In this document: piece by piece, positions 47,735 to 58,201 of the stretch
Numbering within the stretch: position 1 is the stretch's first letter
How the letters are laid out: each line of letters opens with the position of its first letter
DNA from: Candidatus Liptonbacteria bacterium
GTDB taxonomy: Bacteria > Patescibacteriota > Minisyncoccia > UBA6257 > JACOXY01
DNA length: 64,000 nt
NCBI GenBank assembly: GCA_016182095.1
Contig: JACOXY010000014.1
Span: 7,234 to 71,233 of the forward strand
Reading direction: 5' to 3'
Translations under genes and position numbers: made by a program
Notes under the pieces: generated by a model
Seen by the model: only the letters and a program-made list of their open reading frames with translations
Told to the model about the DNA's origin: nothing
The model's database searches: none

Positions 47735-50700
47735 TTACGCGGAAACCGAGGCTTCGCCTTCTTCATCCTCTGTCACAAGCAGATCTTCTTCGGTTACATT
47801 CAACCCCGTTCCAGCAGGTATCAACCGGCCGATAATGACGTTTTCTTTCAATCCTCTTAACTTATCAACCTTGCCCTCCGAAGAAGCCGCGACTAGCACT
47901 CTCGCTGTTTCCATAAACGAGGCGGCCGAAAGGAAGCTTTCGGTTGAAAGAGCTACTTTAGAAACACCCATTAAGAGCTGTTTCGCGCGCGCCGGCGTCT
48001 TCCCTAACCGCTTCATGGCGCGGTTAACTTCCAAAAACTTGGATTTTTCAAGAACATCTCCGAGTATAAATTCAGTGTCTCCAGAATCCACAACCCTTAC
48101 CCTTGAGAAGAGCTGGCGAATTATAACTTCAATGTGCTTGTTGTTGATTGAAACACCTTCGGAAACATAGATTCTTTGAACCTCGCTTATAATATACCTT
48201 TCAACCGCGCTTCTGTCTTTGTAGGCATAAAGTTCCTGTAAATCCACGTGACCTTCCGAGAGCTGATCGCCTTTCTTAACTGAATCTCCGGCCTTAACAT
48301 AAACTTCCGCCAAGCGGCTAACCTGATATTCAACTGCCCTGCCCTTTTTCCCCGCAAGTTTTACCTTTATAGTCTTCACCATCCCCTTCTCTTCCACGTC
48401 TAAAATTTCTCCATCATCTTCGGCAAGTAGCGCCTTGCCCTTGGGAATCCTTAACTCAAAAAGCTCCTCAACCCTAGGCAATCCGCTTGTGATATCGGCT
48501 CCGGCAACGCCGCCAGTATGGAAAGTCCTCATAGTGAGCTGAGTACCGGGCTCGCCTATTGACTGGGCGGCCACGACGCCAACACTTTCTCCGATTTTTA
48601 TGGGGTGATTGGATCCGAGATCAAGCCCATAACACTTGGCGCATATACCATACAAAGTTTTGCAAGTTATGGGCGATCTTACTTTAACGGACGCGAGATC
48701 GGATTCTTGAATATCCACGCTTGAGGCGTGATCAATAATTTCTCCGGCTTTTACCGCGGTTTTGCCCCTGCCGCCGTGAACCTTAATATCCTCCAGGGCA
48801 ACACGCGAGAATACTCTTCCAGCAAACGCGTGCCCGAATAGCTCTCCATCTTCCCTGAAAATTGAAACTCCTTCCTTAGTTTTGCAATCTTCCTCTTTAA
48901 TAATTAAATCCTGTGAAACGTCAACGAGCCGCCTTGTCAAATAGCCAGCTTGCGCCGTTTTAAGAGCGGTATCGGTTGTCCCCTTCCTTGCTCCGTGAGT
49001 TGAAATAAAGTACTCCAAAACACTTAAGCCCTCTTTAAGGGAAGACTTGATGGGCAGTTCAATAATCTCGCCCTTTGGATTTGCCATCAATCCCCTCATA
49101 CCCATCATCTGGCTGGGCTGGGCCCATGAACCGCGAGATCCGGAATCAATAATGGAATAAATCGGGTTTTCGACTTTAAGTTCAAGGGGCACGAGTTTCG
49201 CGACCTCCTTCCCGGTTCTCATCCAAACATCAATAACCCTGGCTTTGCGCTCGGCTTCGGTCAGGAATCCTTCGCTGTACTGCTCTTTTATCATTTCCAC
49301 CTCTTGCTCCGCTTTTTTAATCAATTCATATTTAGCCACGGGGATAATCATATCCGCCGCCGACCAAGTAATACCCGATTTGGTGGCAAATTCAAAACCA
49401 ATATCTTTAAGCTTATCAATTAAAAGCCGACCCTCTTCAATGCCATAGCGATTTACAACATTGCCAACCAATTTAGAAAGACTGTTTTTATTCTGGGTTT
49501 CGTTAATAAACTCATATGCTTCCGGCAACACGCTGTTGAATATGAGCCTTCCGCAGGTGCTAATTATTGTGCCATGCATATTTTTCGGATCTTTGACTGT
49601 AATCGGCTCGTTTATCATGATCGCGCCCGATTCATACGCGGCCAGGGCCTCAATCTCGCCACTCATGGCTTTTTTTGGTTCACCCTGAAGCAGGGACGTC
49701 AAATAATAAATGCCGAGCACAATATCTTTATCCGGTTTCGCAATCGGATCGCCGGTAGCCGGCTTCAAGATATTGCGGCTAGCGAGCATTAGTTCTTCCG
49801 CTTCCTTTTGAGCGTATTTTGAAAGCGGCAGGTGAACCGCCATCTGGTCGCCGTCAAAGTCAGCGTTAAAAGCCGTGCAAACCAAAGCGGGAACTTGGAT
49901 GGCCAGGCCCTCAATAAGAATCGGCTTAAAAGCCTGGATGCTTAAGCGATGCAAAGTAGGCGCCCTGTTTAAAAGCACCGTTTTGTTGGCAATTACCTCT
50001 TCTAAAATCGCCCAAACTTCCGGTGGGGCCTGTTCTATCAAACGATTTGCGTTTTTAATAGTGTAAACGAAACCATCCCGGATAAGACGGCTTATCACGA
50101 ACGGCTTGAAAAGTTCCAGGGCCATTTTTTTCGGCAAGCCGCATTCGTCAATTTTAAGCCGCGGACCGATAACGATAACCGATCTCCCGGAATAATCAAC
50201 GCGCTTGCCAAGCAGATTCTGCCTAAAGCGGCCCTGTTTGCCCTTCAGATAATCGGCGATTGATCGAAGCGGCCTCTTTTGCGCGGAGAGTTGTTGAGAT
50301 CCTATTCTCGAAGAATTATCAATGAGCGCGTCCACCGCCTCCTGTAACATTCTCTTTTCATTCACAACAATCACTTCGGGGGCCTTCAACTCCAGAAGCT
50401 TCTTCAGCCGATTATTTCTGTTTATAACACGCCGGTACAAATCATTGAGGTCAGAGGTGGCGTATCTACCTCCGTCTAAGGGCACCATTGGGCGAAGATC
50501 GGGCGGAATAACCGGCAAGGTTTTCAAAACCATCCATTCGGGGCGAATATTATTTTTATGCATTGAGCGCATGAGCTTTAGCCGCCTCATCGCCTTTCTT
50601 TTTTGCGTCGCTTCCTTGATTTCATCCACTTCCTTTTCAATTCGAATATACTCTTTCTTTAAATCAAGATTTTCAAGAATTTGACGCACCGCTTCGGCTC

Positions 50701-51310
50701 CAGAACTGGCTTTAAAAACATCGGCAAACTTTTTGGCCAGGGTGTAGTATTCGCTTTCAGAAATAATTCTGCCTACGTGGATATTTTCGAGCGCCTCTCT
50801 GGTTTTTTCGGCGGCGGCCTTGAGCTGGCTTGCCTCTTTTTTGGTATCCAGAACTTTTTGCCTTACCTGAAGTTCGCGATCAATTTCCTCCAAAACCCGC
50901 TTTTTATTTTCCTCGTTAACTGCGGTGATAATGAAAGCCGAGTAGTAAATAACCTTCTCCAGCTTCTGTGGAGACACGTTAAGAGCCAGACCAAGCCGCG
51001 AGGGAACGCTTCGTAAAAACCAGATGTGACAAACCGGCGCGGCTAAGGTTATGTGTCCCATTCTTTCCCGCCTTACTATTGCTCTCGTGACCTCCACTCC
51101 GCATTTGTCGCAAATAACCCCCTTATACCTAACCCGCTTGTACTTTCCGCAATAGCACTCCCAATCTTTGATCGGGCCGAATATCCTTTCGGAAAAAAGC
51201 CCGTCTTTTTCAGGACGCTGGGTACGATAATTGATAGTCTCCGGCTTTATGACTTCTCCATATGACCAGCTAAGTACTTCTTCCGGCGAAGCTAGTTTTA
51301 GTTTTAGTTT
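47735..51310 (-). CDS. rpoC: RNA polymerase beta' subunit (start codon unresolved)
   Basis: Frame open from 51310 (KLASPEE..SWS.GEV.KPETINYRT, CYCGKY); NADFDGDQM, SIGEPGTQLTMRTFH, GLKENVI.G. Confidence 0.97.
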   Translation of the reverse strand, partial: KLKLKLASPEEVLSWSYGEVIKPETINYRTQRPEKDGLFSERIFGPIKDWECYCGKYKRVRYKGVICDKCGVEVTRAIVRRERMGHITLAAPVCHIWFLRSVPSRLGLALNVSPQKLEKVIYYSAFIITAVNEENKKRVLEEIDRELQVRQKVLDTKKEASQLKAAAEKTREALENIHVGRIISESEYYTLAKKFADVFKASSGAEAVRQILENLDLKKEYIRIEKEVDEIKEATQKRKAMRRLKLMRSMHKNNIRPEWMVLKTLPVIPPDLRPMVPLDGGRYATSDLNDLYRRVINRNNRLKKLLELKAPEVIVVNEKRMLQEAVDALIDNSSRIGSQQLSAQKRPLRSIADYLKGKQGRFRQNLLGKRVDYSGRSVIVIGPRLKIDECGLPKKMALELFKPFVISRLIRDGFVYTIKNANRLIEQAPPEVWAILEEVIANKTVLLNRAPTLHRLSIQAFKPILIEGLAIQVPALVCTAFNADFDGDQMAVHLPLSKYAQKEAEELMLASRNILKPATGDPIAKPDKDIVLGIYYLTSLLQGEPKKAMSGEIEALAAYESGAIMINEPITVKDPKNMHGTIISTCGRLIFNSVLPEAYEFINETQNKNSLSKLVGNVVNRYGIEEGRLLIDKLKDIGFEFATKSGITWSAADMIIPVAKYELIKKAEQEVEMIKEQYSEGFLTEAERKARVIDVWMRTGKEVAKLVPLELKVENPIYSIIDSGSRGSWAQPSQMMGMRGLMANPKGEIIELPIKSSLKEGLSVLEYFISTHGARKGTTDTALKTAQAGYLTRRLVDVSQDLIIKEEDCKTKEGVSIFREDGELFGHAFAGRVFSRVALEDIKVHGGRGKTAVKAGEIIDHASSVDIQESDLASVKVRSPITCKTLYGICAKCYGLDLGSNHPIKIGESVGVVAAQSIGEPGTQLTMRTFHTGGVAGADITSGLPRVEELFELRIPKGKALLAEDDGEILDVEEKGMVKTIKVKLAGKKGRAVEYQVSRLAEVYVKAGDSVKKGDQLSEGHVDLQELYAYKDRSAVERYIISEVQRIYVSEGVSINNKHIEVIIRQLFSRVRVVDSGDTEFILGDVLEKSKFLEVNRAMKRLGKTPARAKQLLMGVSKVALSTESFLSAASFMETARVLVAASSEGKVDKLRGLKENVIIGRLIPAGTGLNVTEEDLLVTEDEEGEASVSA

Positions 51311-51314
51311 TTAC

Positions 51315-51342
51315 TATACCCCATACCCTATGCCCCATACCC
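51315..51342. repeat. 4 x 7-nt tandem repeat at the rpoB/rpoC junction
   Basis: TATACCC CATACCC TATGCCC CATACCC. Confidence 0.8.
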
Positions 51343-51348
51343 TTTTCA

Positions 51349-54300
51349 TTATTTCTGTCTATCTTGTTTTATCGCCTGACCTTGATCGTCCAATAACTCC
51401 ACGCCCAATCCCAGCGCCTTTAACTCATTGGTTAAAACACTAAAGGTCGCGGGGACATTAGGCGCTTTTATCGGCTCATCCCGTATAATTGATTCAAAAG
51501 CCGATGAACGACCCGCAATGTCGTCTGATTTAATGGTCAGCATTTCCTGAAGCGTGTAAGCCGCGCCGTAACCTTCAAGAGCCCAGACTTCCATCTCTCC
51601 AAATCTCTGGCCACCGAACTGCGCCTTGCCTCCCAATGGCTGCTGTGTAACCAGTGAATATGGGCCGATTGATCTCATGTGAATCTTGTCCTCCACCAAG
51701 TGGTTAAGTTTCATGATATAGATATAACCAACCATAACCTCCTTATCAAAAGACCTGCCGACTCTGCCGTCATAAAGCTTTACCTTGCCGCTTTCGGGAA
51801 GATTAGCGGCCCGCAGTTCCGCCCTTATTTCTTCTTCGGAGGCCCCGGATAAAGCCGGGGTTACCGCCCGGAAACCATTCACGTGGGCCGCCCAACCTAA
51901 ATGGGTTTCCAAAATCTGCCCGATATTCATGCGAGACGTAACGCCCAAAGGATTTAGTATAATGTCAACCGTGGTGCCATCCTCAAGATATGGCATATCT
52001 TCCACCGGCCGAATTTGCGAGATAACGCCCTTGTTGCCATGGCGGCCGGCGAGTTTGTCGCCAGCTCTCACATTTCGTAATTGCGCTATCTCAACCTGGA
52101 TTCTTTTTATAACCCCGGGCTCAAGCCTATCTCCTCTCTCGCGTGAAAAAATTTTAACACCCACAATACGTCCGTATTTCCCATGCGGCAAGGTTAATGA
52201 GGTATCCTTGACATCACGAGCTTTTTCACCGAATATGGCCCGCAATAATCTTTCCTCCGACGTAAGTTCGGTCTCTCCCTTGGGAGATATTTTCCCCACG
52301 AGAATATCCCCCGATCTCACCTCGGCGCCGACCCTCACAATCCCCTCCTCGTCAAGATTTTTTAGCTTTTCCTCTGAAACATTTGAAATGTCGGGGGTAA
52401 TTATCTCCGGACCAAGTTTGGTGTCGCGAACATCGCAGTAAAAATCTTCTATGTAGATTGAAGAAAATCTATCCCCCTGAACTACGCGCTCCGAAAGAAT
52501 AATGGCATCTTCAAAATTGGCGCCCTCCCAAGAAGCAAAAGCAACCAAAAGATTTTGGCCCAAACCCAAAACGCCGTTTACCGTGCCGGGGCCGTCAACC
52601 AGAGTTTCCCCCTTCTTAACGACACTCCCTTTAGTAAGCAATAATCTCTGCGAAATAGAGGTGCCTTGATTGGATCGCTTAAAATTAAGCAGTTCGTAGG
52701 TTTTGGTGCCTAATTTTTTATACTTTAGAGTAAGTCCCGTTGCGTCAGCTTTAACGATTTCGCCATTATCTTCGGCCTTAATAAGGTAGCCCGAATCATG
52801 GGCGGCTTTTTCCTCAACGCCAGTGCCCACATAGGGAACTTGCGGCTTAACGGCAATTACTGCCTGTCTCTGCATGTTTGAGCCCATTAGGGCGCGGTTT
52901 GCGTCATCATGCCTTAAAAATGGGATTAAAGATGTTGAGACGCTAATAAATTGCTCCGGAGAAATATCCATAAAATCAACCTCTTCCTTTGGGCACGTGC
53001 CCGGCGCGCCCTTAATTCTTGCCTCAATGGAATCCTCAACAATTTTCTTGCCATCCAATTTAATACCGCCATGGGCAATTTTATATTTTTCCTCTTCCAG
53101 GGCATCCAGCCAAACCACTTCGTTCGTCACTACGCCGTTCTTTACTTTTACATACGGGGTTTCCAAAAAACCATAGGGGCTAATTCTGGCATATCCGGCT
53201 ATATAATTTATGAGCCCGATATTGGCACCCTCCGGGGTTTGAATCGGACAGATGCGGCCGTAATGCGATGTGTGGACATCGCGCACTTCAAATCCGGCTC
53301 TTTCGCGAGTCAGCCCGCCGGGGCCCATCGCGGAAAGACGCCTCTTATGCTCAATCTCAGACAAGGGATTTACCTGATCCATGAACTGTGAAAGCTGGGA
53401 TGACGCAAAAAACTCCTTAACTGTGGCCATTAGAGGCCTCACATTCAAAAGAGCGCCTGGGGCGAAACTTTCTTCCGCGATAGTGGACATTCTGTCCTGC
53501 ACAACCCTACGAAGGCGCGCGAAGCCAACCCTCATCTTGTTTTGCAAGAGTTCGCCAACGGCGCGAACGCGCCTGTTGCCAAGGTGGTCTATGTCATCCG
53601 GTTCCGCCATTGGATCATTATTAAGACGGATAAGTTCTTTAACTATCAAGACCAAATCATCAAATCTCAAAAGCCGCGAGTCAGATTTAATCTGTAATCT
53701 CTGATTCATTTTAAATCTTCCAACCATTGAAAGGTCATAGCGGTCAAACCTCTTAAACATGGCGTCAATTAAAGATTTGGCGTTTTCCGGCGTAGCCAAG
53801 TCGCCGGGCCTTAAACGTTTGTAGATTTCCAGATAAGATTCGTCAAAATTTTTGGCCGCGTCTTTTTTCAAGGTTGCCTGAAGATGTTTTATCGGCCCAA
53901 CATCAATATCTTTGAAAAGTTCGGTAAACGCGCTTCCCTCTTCATATTTTTTGCCTTCCATGGAAGCGAAGGCGCGAAGCAAATCTGTTATGGGAACTTT
54001 GCGACGGCGATCAATTTTAACCCCAATAAGCCCGTCCGGATCAGTTTCCAATTCAAGCCAAGCTCCCCGGTTAGGAATTACTTTAGCGCCAAAAAGCTTT
54101 TTGCCTCTGTAAACAACGGCCGTAAAATAAACTCCGGGAGATCTTATGAGCTGTGAGATAACAACTCTCTCAACCCCATTTATAATAAAAGTCCCCCTCG
54201 CGGTCATGAGGGGCACATCTCCGATGTAAACATCTTGGGTCTTATCTTTTTTGCTTTTCAGATTCACTAAGCGCAAGGTGGCCCTAAGTGCCGCTTCAAA

Positions 54301-54534
54301 AGTCAATCCTTTCTCAATTGACTGGACTTCATTATATTTTGGTTCATCAAAGCGGAATTCGTCAAAATGGAGTTCGTACTCTTTGCCGGTATAATCCTTA
54401 ATCGGAGACACCTCTCCAAACAGCTCTTTCAAGCCATCACCCAAAAACCAGCGATATGACTGTGTTTGAATTTCTGACAAATCTGGCTGGGGCGTTAGAG
54501 CTCCTACACCATGAGAAAAGTATTTTATAGTCAT
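51349..54534 (-). CDS. rpoB: RNA polymerase beta subunit
   Basis: GTFIING.ERV, HYGRICP, DDANRALMGSNMQRQA, GDKLAGRHGNKGV, GGQRFGEME. Confidence 0.99.
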   Translation of the reverse strand: MTIKYFSHGVGALTPQPDLSEIQTQSYRWFLGDGLKELFGEVSPIKDYTGKEYELHFDEFRFDEPKYNEVQSIEKGLTFEAALRATLRLVNLKSKKDKTQDVYIGDVPLMTARGTFIINGVERVVISQLIRSPGVYFTAVVYRGKKLFGAKVIPNRGAWLELETDPDGLIGVKIDRRRKVPITDLLRAFASMEGKKYEEGSAFTELFKDIDVGPIKHLQATLKKDAAKNFDESYLEIYKRLRPGDLATPENAKSLIDAMFKRFDRYDLSMVGRFKMNQRLQIKSDSRLLRFDDLVLIVKELIRLNNDPMAEPDDIDHLGNRRVRAVGELLQNKMRVGFARLRRVVQDRMSTIAEESFAPGALLNVRPLMATVKEFFASSQLSQFMDQVNPLSEIEHKRRLSAMGPGGLTRERAGFEVRDVHTSHYGRICPIQTPEGANIGLINYIAGYARISPYGFLETPYVKVKNGVVTNEVVWLDALEEEKYKIAHGGIKLDGKKIVEDSIEARIKGAPGTCPKEEVDFMDISPEQFISVSTSLIPFLRHDDANRALMGSNMQRQAVIAVKPQVPYVGTGVEEKAAHDSGYLIKAEDNGEIVKADATGLTLKYKKLGTKTYELLNFKRSNQGTSISQRLLLTKGSVVKKGETLVDGPGTVNGVLGLGQNLLVAFASWEGANFEDAIILSERVVQGDRFSSIYIEDFYCDVRDTKLGPEIITPDISNVSEEKLKNLDEEGIVRVGAEVRSGDILVGKISPKGETELTSEERLLRAIFGEKARDVKDTSLTLPHGKYGRIVGVKIFSRERGDRLEPGVIKRIQVEIAQLRNVRAGDKLAGRHGNKGVISQIRPVEDMPYLEDGTTVDIILNPLGVTSRMNIGQILETHLGWAAHVNGFRAVTPALSGASEEEIRAELRAANLPESGKVKLYDGRVGRSFDKEVMVGYIYIMKLNHLVEDKIHMRSIGPYSLVTQQPLGGKAQFGGQRFGEMEVWALEGYGAAYTLQEMLTIKSDDIAGRSSAFESIIRDEPIKAPNVPATFSVLTNELKALGLGVELLDDQGQAIKQDRQK

Positions 54535-54706
54535 ATCTTCTTTGAGTTTATGATCCTAAAGACTCATAATTCACAATGCCAATATAAATTATTGGTATTG
54601 TTATCCCTACTTCTAAAAAACGCGAACAAAAACACGCCGCAACTCGTGCTTTTTAATAAATTATCCTGTAATTATTTATTTAACACAAATTCTCTTTAAA
54701 TGCAAG

Positions 54707-54830
54707 CCCAGTAACACTACTTCAGTGTTACCCGACATATAAGCAAACTAATTGTCATAAAACAATGTCAAAATGCCAAACTAATAATTTATGCTTCGGA
54801 AATAAATTATGCTGAAGTAGTGTTACTGGG
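54707..54830. mobile_element. CCCAGT-family TIR element with CAAG duplication upstream of rpoB
   Basis: Perfect 19-bp IR 54707-54725 / 54812-54830; CAAG at 54703-54706 and 54831-54834. Confidence 0.8.
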
Positions 54831-54859
54831 CAAGTCTTTGTAATATAATGCTTTCGCAC

Positions 54860-55796
54860 TTACCTTAAATACAATGCCCTGTTTAAACTGTGCTCCTCCA
54901 GATCCTTGCTGAAAATGGTTTTCCCGGTTTTCGGGTCGGAAAGATAAAACCAATAAGAACTTTGCTGCGGATTAATAGCAGCTCTTATCGCTTCAAGACC
55001 GGGGTTTGCGATGGGCGTAGGCGGCAAGCCTTTATTGATATAAGTATTATATGGTGAGTCTATTTTTAAGTCAAGTGGGGTAATCGGGTGGCATGGCATG
55101 GGCACAACATAACATATTGTAGCATCTACCTGCAATGGCCAGCCGGATTTGATTCTTTTTTGGAGTATCCCGGAAACAATGCGCCTCTCTTTAAAATCGG
55201 TAAGTTCTTTTTCCAATAGTGAAGCTAAAATAATGGTTTTGTAGGCATTGGAATTCTTTGTGTCGGAAATAAGATTATTTTTTGCCCCCAAGCCCAAGAG
55301 GCCGCTTACTTTTTCGTCAAAATTATCCAAAAATTTTTGAACCACGTCCTTGGGCTCGGAATCTATATGAAATTTATAGGTATCCGGGAAAAGAAAGCCC
55401 TCCAAATCTTCCCGATATTCCGTGAGTTCGTTCGGCGAGATAACCCCGCTATCCGATAAGATTTTGTCTATTTCTTTGAGCGTGGCCCCTTCGGGAACGA
55501 GAACCTCCACCTCATCAACGCCTCCTTTTACTAAAACGCGAACCAGCCCATAGGCGGAATAACTGGCTCTTAATTTATAAAGTCCCGGTTTCTTTTTGAA
55601 GAACATCGGCTATGTCGCTTACCCCAAAACCGCGTTTTATTAAAACAGTCTTTTCTTCAATACTACCTATATCTGCCGGCATCATTCCGTAAATTAAATA
55701 TATAAAAAAAACCGCGAACACCGACGCGCCCCAAATTATGTAGGAGGATTTTTTTCGCTCATTCAAAATGTCGCTTGTTGTTTTTGTTGAAATCAT
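54860..55796 (-). pseudogene. mltG: endolytic transglycosylase MltG, split by a frameshift or deletion near 55590
   Basis: TM + I.RG.....IA..L in one frame; KPG.Y, EGFLFPDTY, ASLLEKE, LQVDAT, SPYNTY...GLPPTPIANPG in another. Confidence 0.8.
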
Positions 55797-55801
55797 TTTA
55801 T

Positions 55802-55961
55802 AGACCTTTTGTACAATTCCTTTTCTACTGCAATTTCCATATTTTGGCTACGGCTTTGTAAAAATTTCTTGAAATATATTCTGTATATTCCTTCAAAATT
55901 TTTACTTCGCCTCGCTCAAGATCTGAAAATTTCGTTACGAAAAGAATTGTACAAAAGGTCT
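55802..55961. repeat. intergenic hairpin element between rodA and mltG
   Basis: AGACCTTTTGTACAATTC / GAATTGTACAAAAGGTCT. Confidence 0.7.
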
Positions 55962-55971
55962 TTCTATATTA

Positions 55972-57033
55972 TCAAGAAATGCGTCCGGCTATGCCATATG
56001 CGAGCCCCAAAAGAAAAAAACTGGTTATTAAATTAGAACCGCCGTAGCTGAAAAAAGTGAGGGGCACGCCTATAACCGGCAAGAGTCCGATTGTTGAGCC
56101 GATATTAATAGCAAAGTGAAGACCGAAGACCGTGGCGGTCCCTAGTGAGACAAATTTGCTGAAATTATCTTCGGTTCTTAGGCCAATTTTTAGGATTATA
56201 AGAATTAAATACACAAAAATCAACATAAAAACAAGCGCGGCCGCGAGCCCCCATTCCTCAATAAAGGCGGCAAAAATAAAATCGGAGTATGATTCGGGCA
56301 AAAATCCCAGCTGAACTTGGGTGCCCTGGCCGTATCCCTTGCCAAAAAATCCAGCCGAGCCAATGGCGATTTTAGATTGGATAACGCTGAAATTTACCCC
56401 CAGGGGGTCAAGCTCGGGGTTAAAAAGCCCCATTATCCTATTTTTCTGGTAATCGGCTAAAAAATTATTCCAGGCGAGGAATCCAAAAAATGCGGCAATG
56501 AGTATAAAAAGGGCGAGGTGTTTTATCTTAAGGCCAGAGATCAGAAGAAAGCCAAGCCAGATTGAAGCCAGAATTATAGCTGAACCAAGATCGGGCTCCA
56601 AAATAACAAGCCCCGCCGGAATAATCATTAAAACTGCCGAGAGCAAAATAGTTCTCACACTCGCTATCTTCGCGTGATACTTGGAGAAAAAATAGGCAAG
56701 GATAATTATCAAACCAGCTTTGGCGAATTCCGATGTTTGAAATTGAAGGGGGCCGAGCACAAGCCACGCTCGACTGCCGCGAATTGTAGGAGCAAAAAAA
56801 TAAGTAGCTATTAAAAGCGCGACTGAAATGCAATAAATACCATATACAAACCATGGATAAGCCGCGTACGGACGCGTATCAAAATAATGAAAAAAAACAA
56901 TAACTCCAATACCCAAAATAATCCAAGCAACTTGTCCCATGAAAAAATTACCGGGAACGCTTGAAAGCGTCACAAGACTCAAAAAAAGAAGCAGAAGGGC
57001 CGGTATTAAAAGAGAGCGCTGGAGAGAAGTCAC
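55972..57033 (-). CDS. rodA: rod shape-determining protein RodA (SEDS family)
   Basis: GSRAW, QTSEFAK, EPDLG, QS.IAIGS.G..GKG, FLPE..SDFIF, GVPL.F.SYGGS; start taken at GTG 57033. Confidence 0.9.
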   Translation of the reverse strand: MTSLQRSLLIPALLLLFLSLVTLSSVPGNFFMGQVAWIILGIGVIVFFHYFDTRPYAAYPWFVYGIYCISVALLIATYFFAPTIRGSRAWLVLGPLQFQTSEFAKAGLIIILAYFFSKYHAKIASVRTILLSAVLMIIPAGLVILEPDLGSAIILASIWLGFLLISGLKIKHLALFILIAAFFGFLAWNNFLADYQKNRIMGLFNPELDPLGVNFSVIQSKIAIGSAGFFGKGYGQGTQVQLGFLPESYSDFIFAAFIEEWGLAAALVFMLIFVYLILIILKIGLRTEDNFSKFVSLGTATVFGLHFAINIGSTIGLLPVIGVPLTFFSYGGSNLITSFFLLGLAYGIAGRIS

Positions 57034-57151
57034 AGAAATAAATAAAAAATCAAAATGCAAAAATCAAAATTGATGAAGCTTGAAAAATTACTTTGCAATT
57101 TTTCAAGCAACCGGAATTTTTATTTTTGATATCTAATTTTTGATATTGCTT

Positions 57152-57916
57152 TTACTGTCTTACTGCCTCATAAAACAGCCGCGTCTTAGTTAAATCAACA
57201 TTCGGCGCGGCCGAGATCGGATATTCTATCTGAAAAAATCTTTCTTCAAACGCTTTGACGTCGCGGACTTGGGTCTTGGATACTCCCAGAAGCGTGCCGT
57301 TTATGCTATAAAACAAGGCTCCGATATCAACCTGCGTAAAAAGCAGTGTTTCCTCGTTTTTTATATTTCCACGGATAAAAATTTCACCGCTTTTTACATC
57401 ACTATTTACTTGTCTGAAAGTAAAGTTTGGTTTCCTGAATTTATTAACTGACTCCCAGACTGGATCCCCTAATGTGATTTTAGGCGAACCAATCACCACG
57501 CTCCCAGCGCCATCCAACTGCTTAACAATATATTTTTCCTTGTCACCGGGATAAATAAAAGTTTCGTCTTTAAAAGTTTTGATGATATTTCCGCTTGCGC
57601 CATAAACGTCAAGCTGGTAAGGCAGTTTTAGCGCGCCAAAGCGAGTATTTGGGTTTTCAAGTTTCACCAAAATAACGGGGTCCTGCGCCAAAAAAGAAGT
57701 CCGAAGAACAACCTCAATCGGCTTTAGGCTTTTTATTTCACAAGACATGCAAGAAGCGCCACCGCAGTCCACTCCCGCCTCATCTTGATTTTGCTTTCCG
57801 TCAAAGCAGGTCGGCTCCGGTTTCAAAATAAAATAGGGAGCATAAATTATCGCAAAAAAGAAAGTGGTGTAAAAAATGCCATAAAGAAATTGTTTGCCGA
57901 TGCGCCTTGGTTCCAT
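57152..57916 (-). CDS. hypothetical membrane-anchored protein
   Basis: TM, PTCFDGKQNQDE.GVDCGG.C module, two Ig-like segments. Confidence 0.75.
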   Translation of the reverse strand: MEPRRIGKQFLYGIFYTTFFFAIIYAPYFILKPEPTCFDGKQNQDEAGVDCGGASCMSCEIKSLKPIEVVLRTSFLAQDPVILVKLENPNTRFGALKLPYQLDVYGASGNIIKTFKDETFIYPGDKEKYIVKQLDGAGSVVIGSPKITLGDPVWESVNKFRKPNFTFRQVNSDVKSGEIFIRGNIKNEETLLFTQVDIGALFYSINGTLLGVSKTQVRDVKAFEERFFQIEYPISAAPNVDLTKTRLFYEAVRQ

Positions 57917-57955
57917 AAATTCATCATATAAAATCTTTTTTCTCTCGCGCTCTCC

Positions 57956-58116
57956 GCAATATATAAATTATCCTTGCTTCTCCTAAAAAATGAATAAGAA
58001 AATGCCGAACTCAACCTGGTTTTGCTAAAGCAAAACTGCGGGATTCAAACAGCGGCATTTTCTTATTTTTTACTCGAAGCTTCGGTAATTTATATATCTT
58101 GCTACGCGATGCTTAT
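57956..58116. repeat. left arm of a 161-bp inverted repeat
   Basis: Near-perfect reverse complement of 59478-59638; contains an internal AATAAGAAAATGCCG/CGGCATTTTCTTATT hairpin. Confidence 0.92.
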
Positions 58117-58173
58117 TCAAAAAGATTTTATGCTCTTACATATATTAAGATAATAGCAGAAAAAATAAAATAG

Positions 58174-58201
58174 AAAAAGCCCCGCCAACTTGTGACGAGG
58201 C
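58174..58201 (-). terminator. intrinsic terminator of the putative long ncRNA
   Basis: Minus strand GCCTCGTCA-CAAGT-TGGCGGGGC followed by TTTTT. Confidence 0.7.

Noticed and set aside
47529-54156. Long antisense ORFs over rpoB/rpoC (and similar ones over gyrB, typA and htrA)
   Set aside because: Shadow frames of highly conserved genes.
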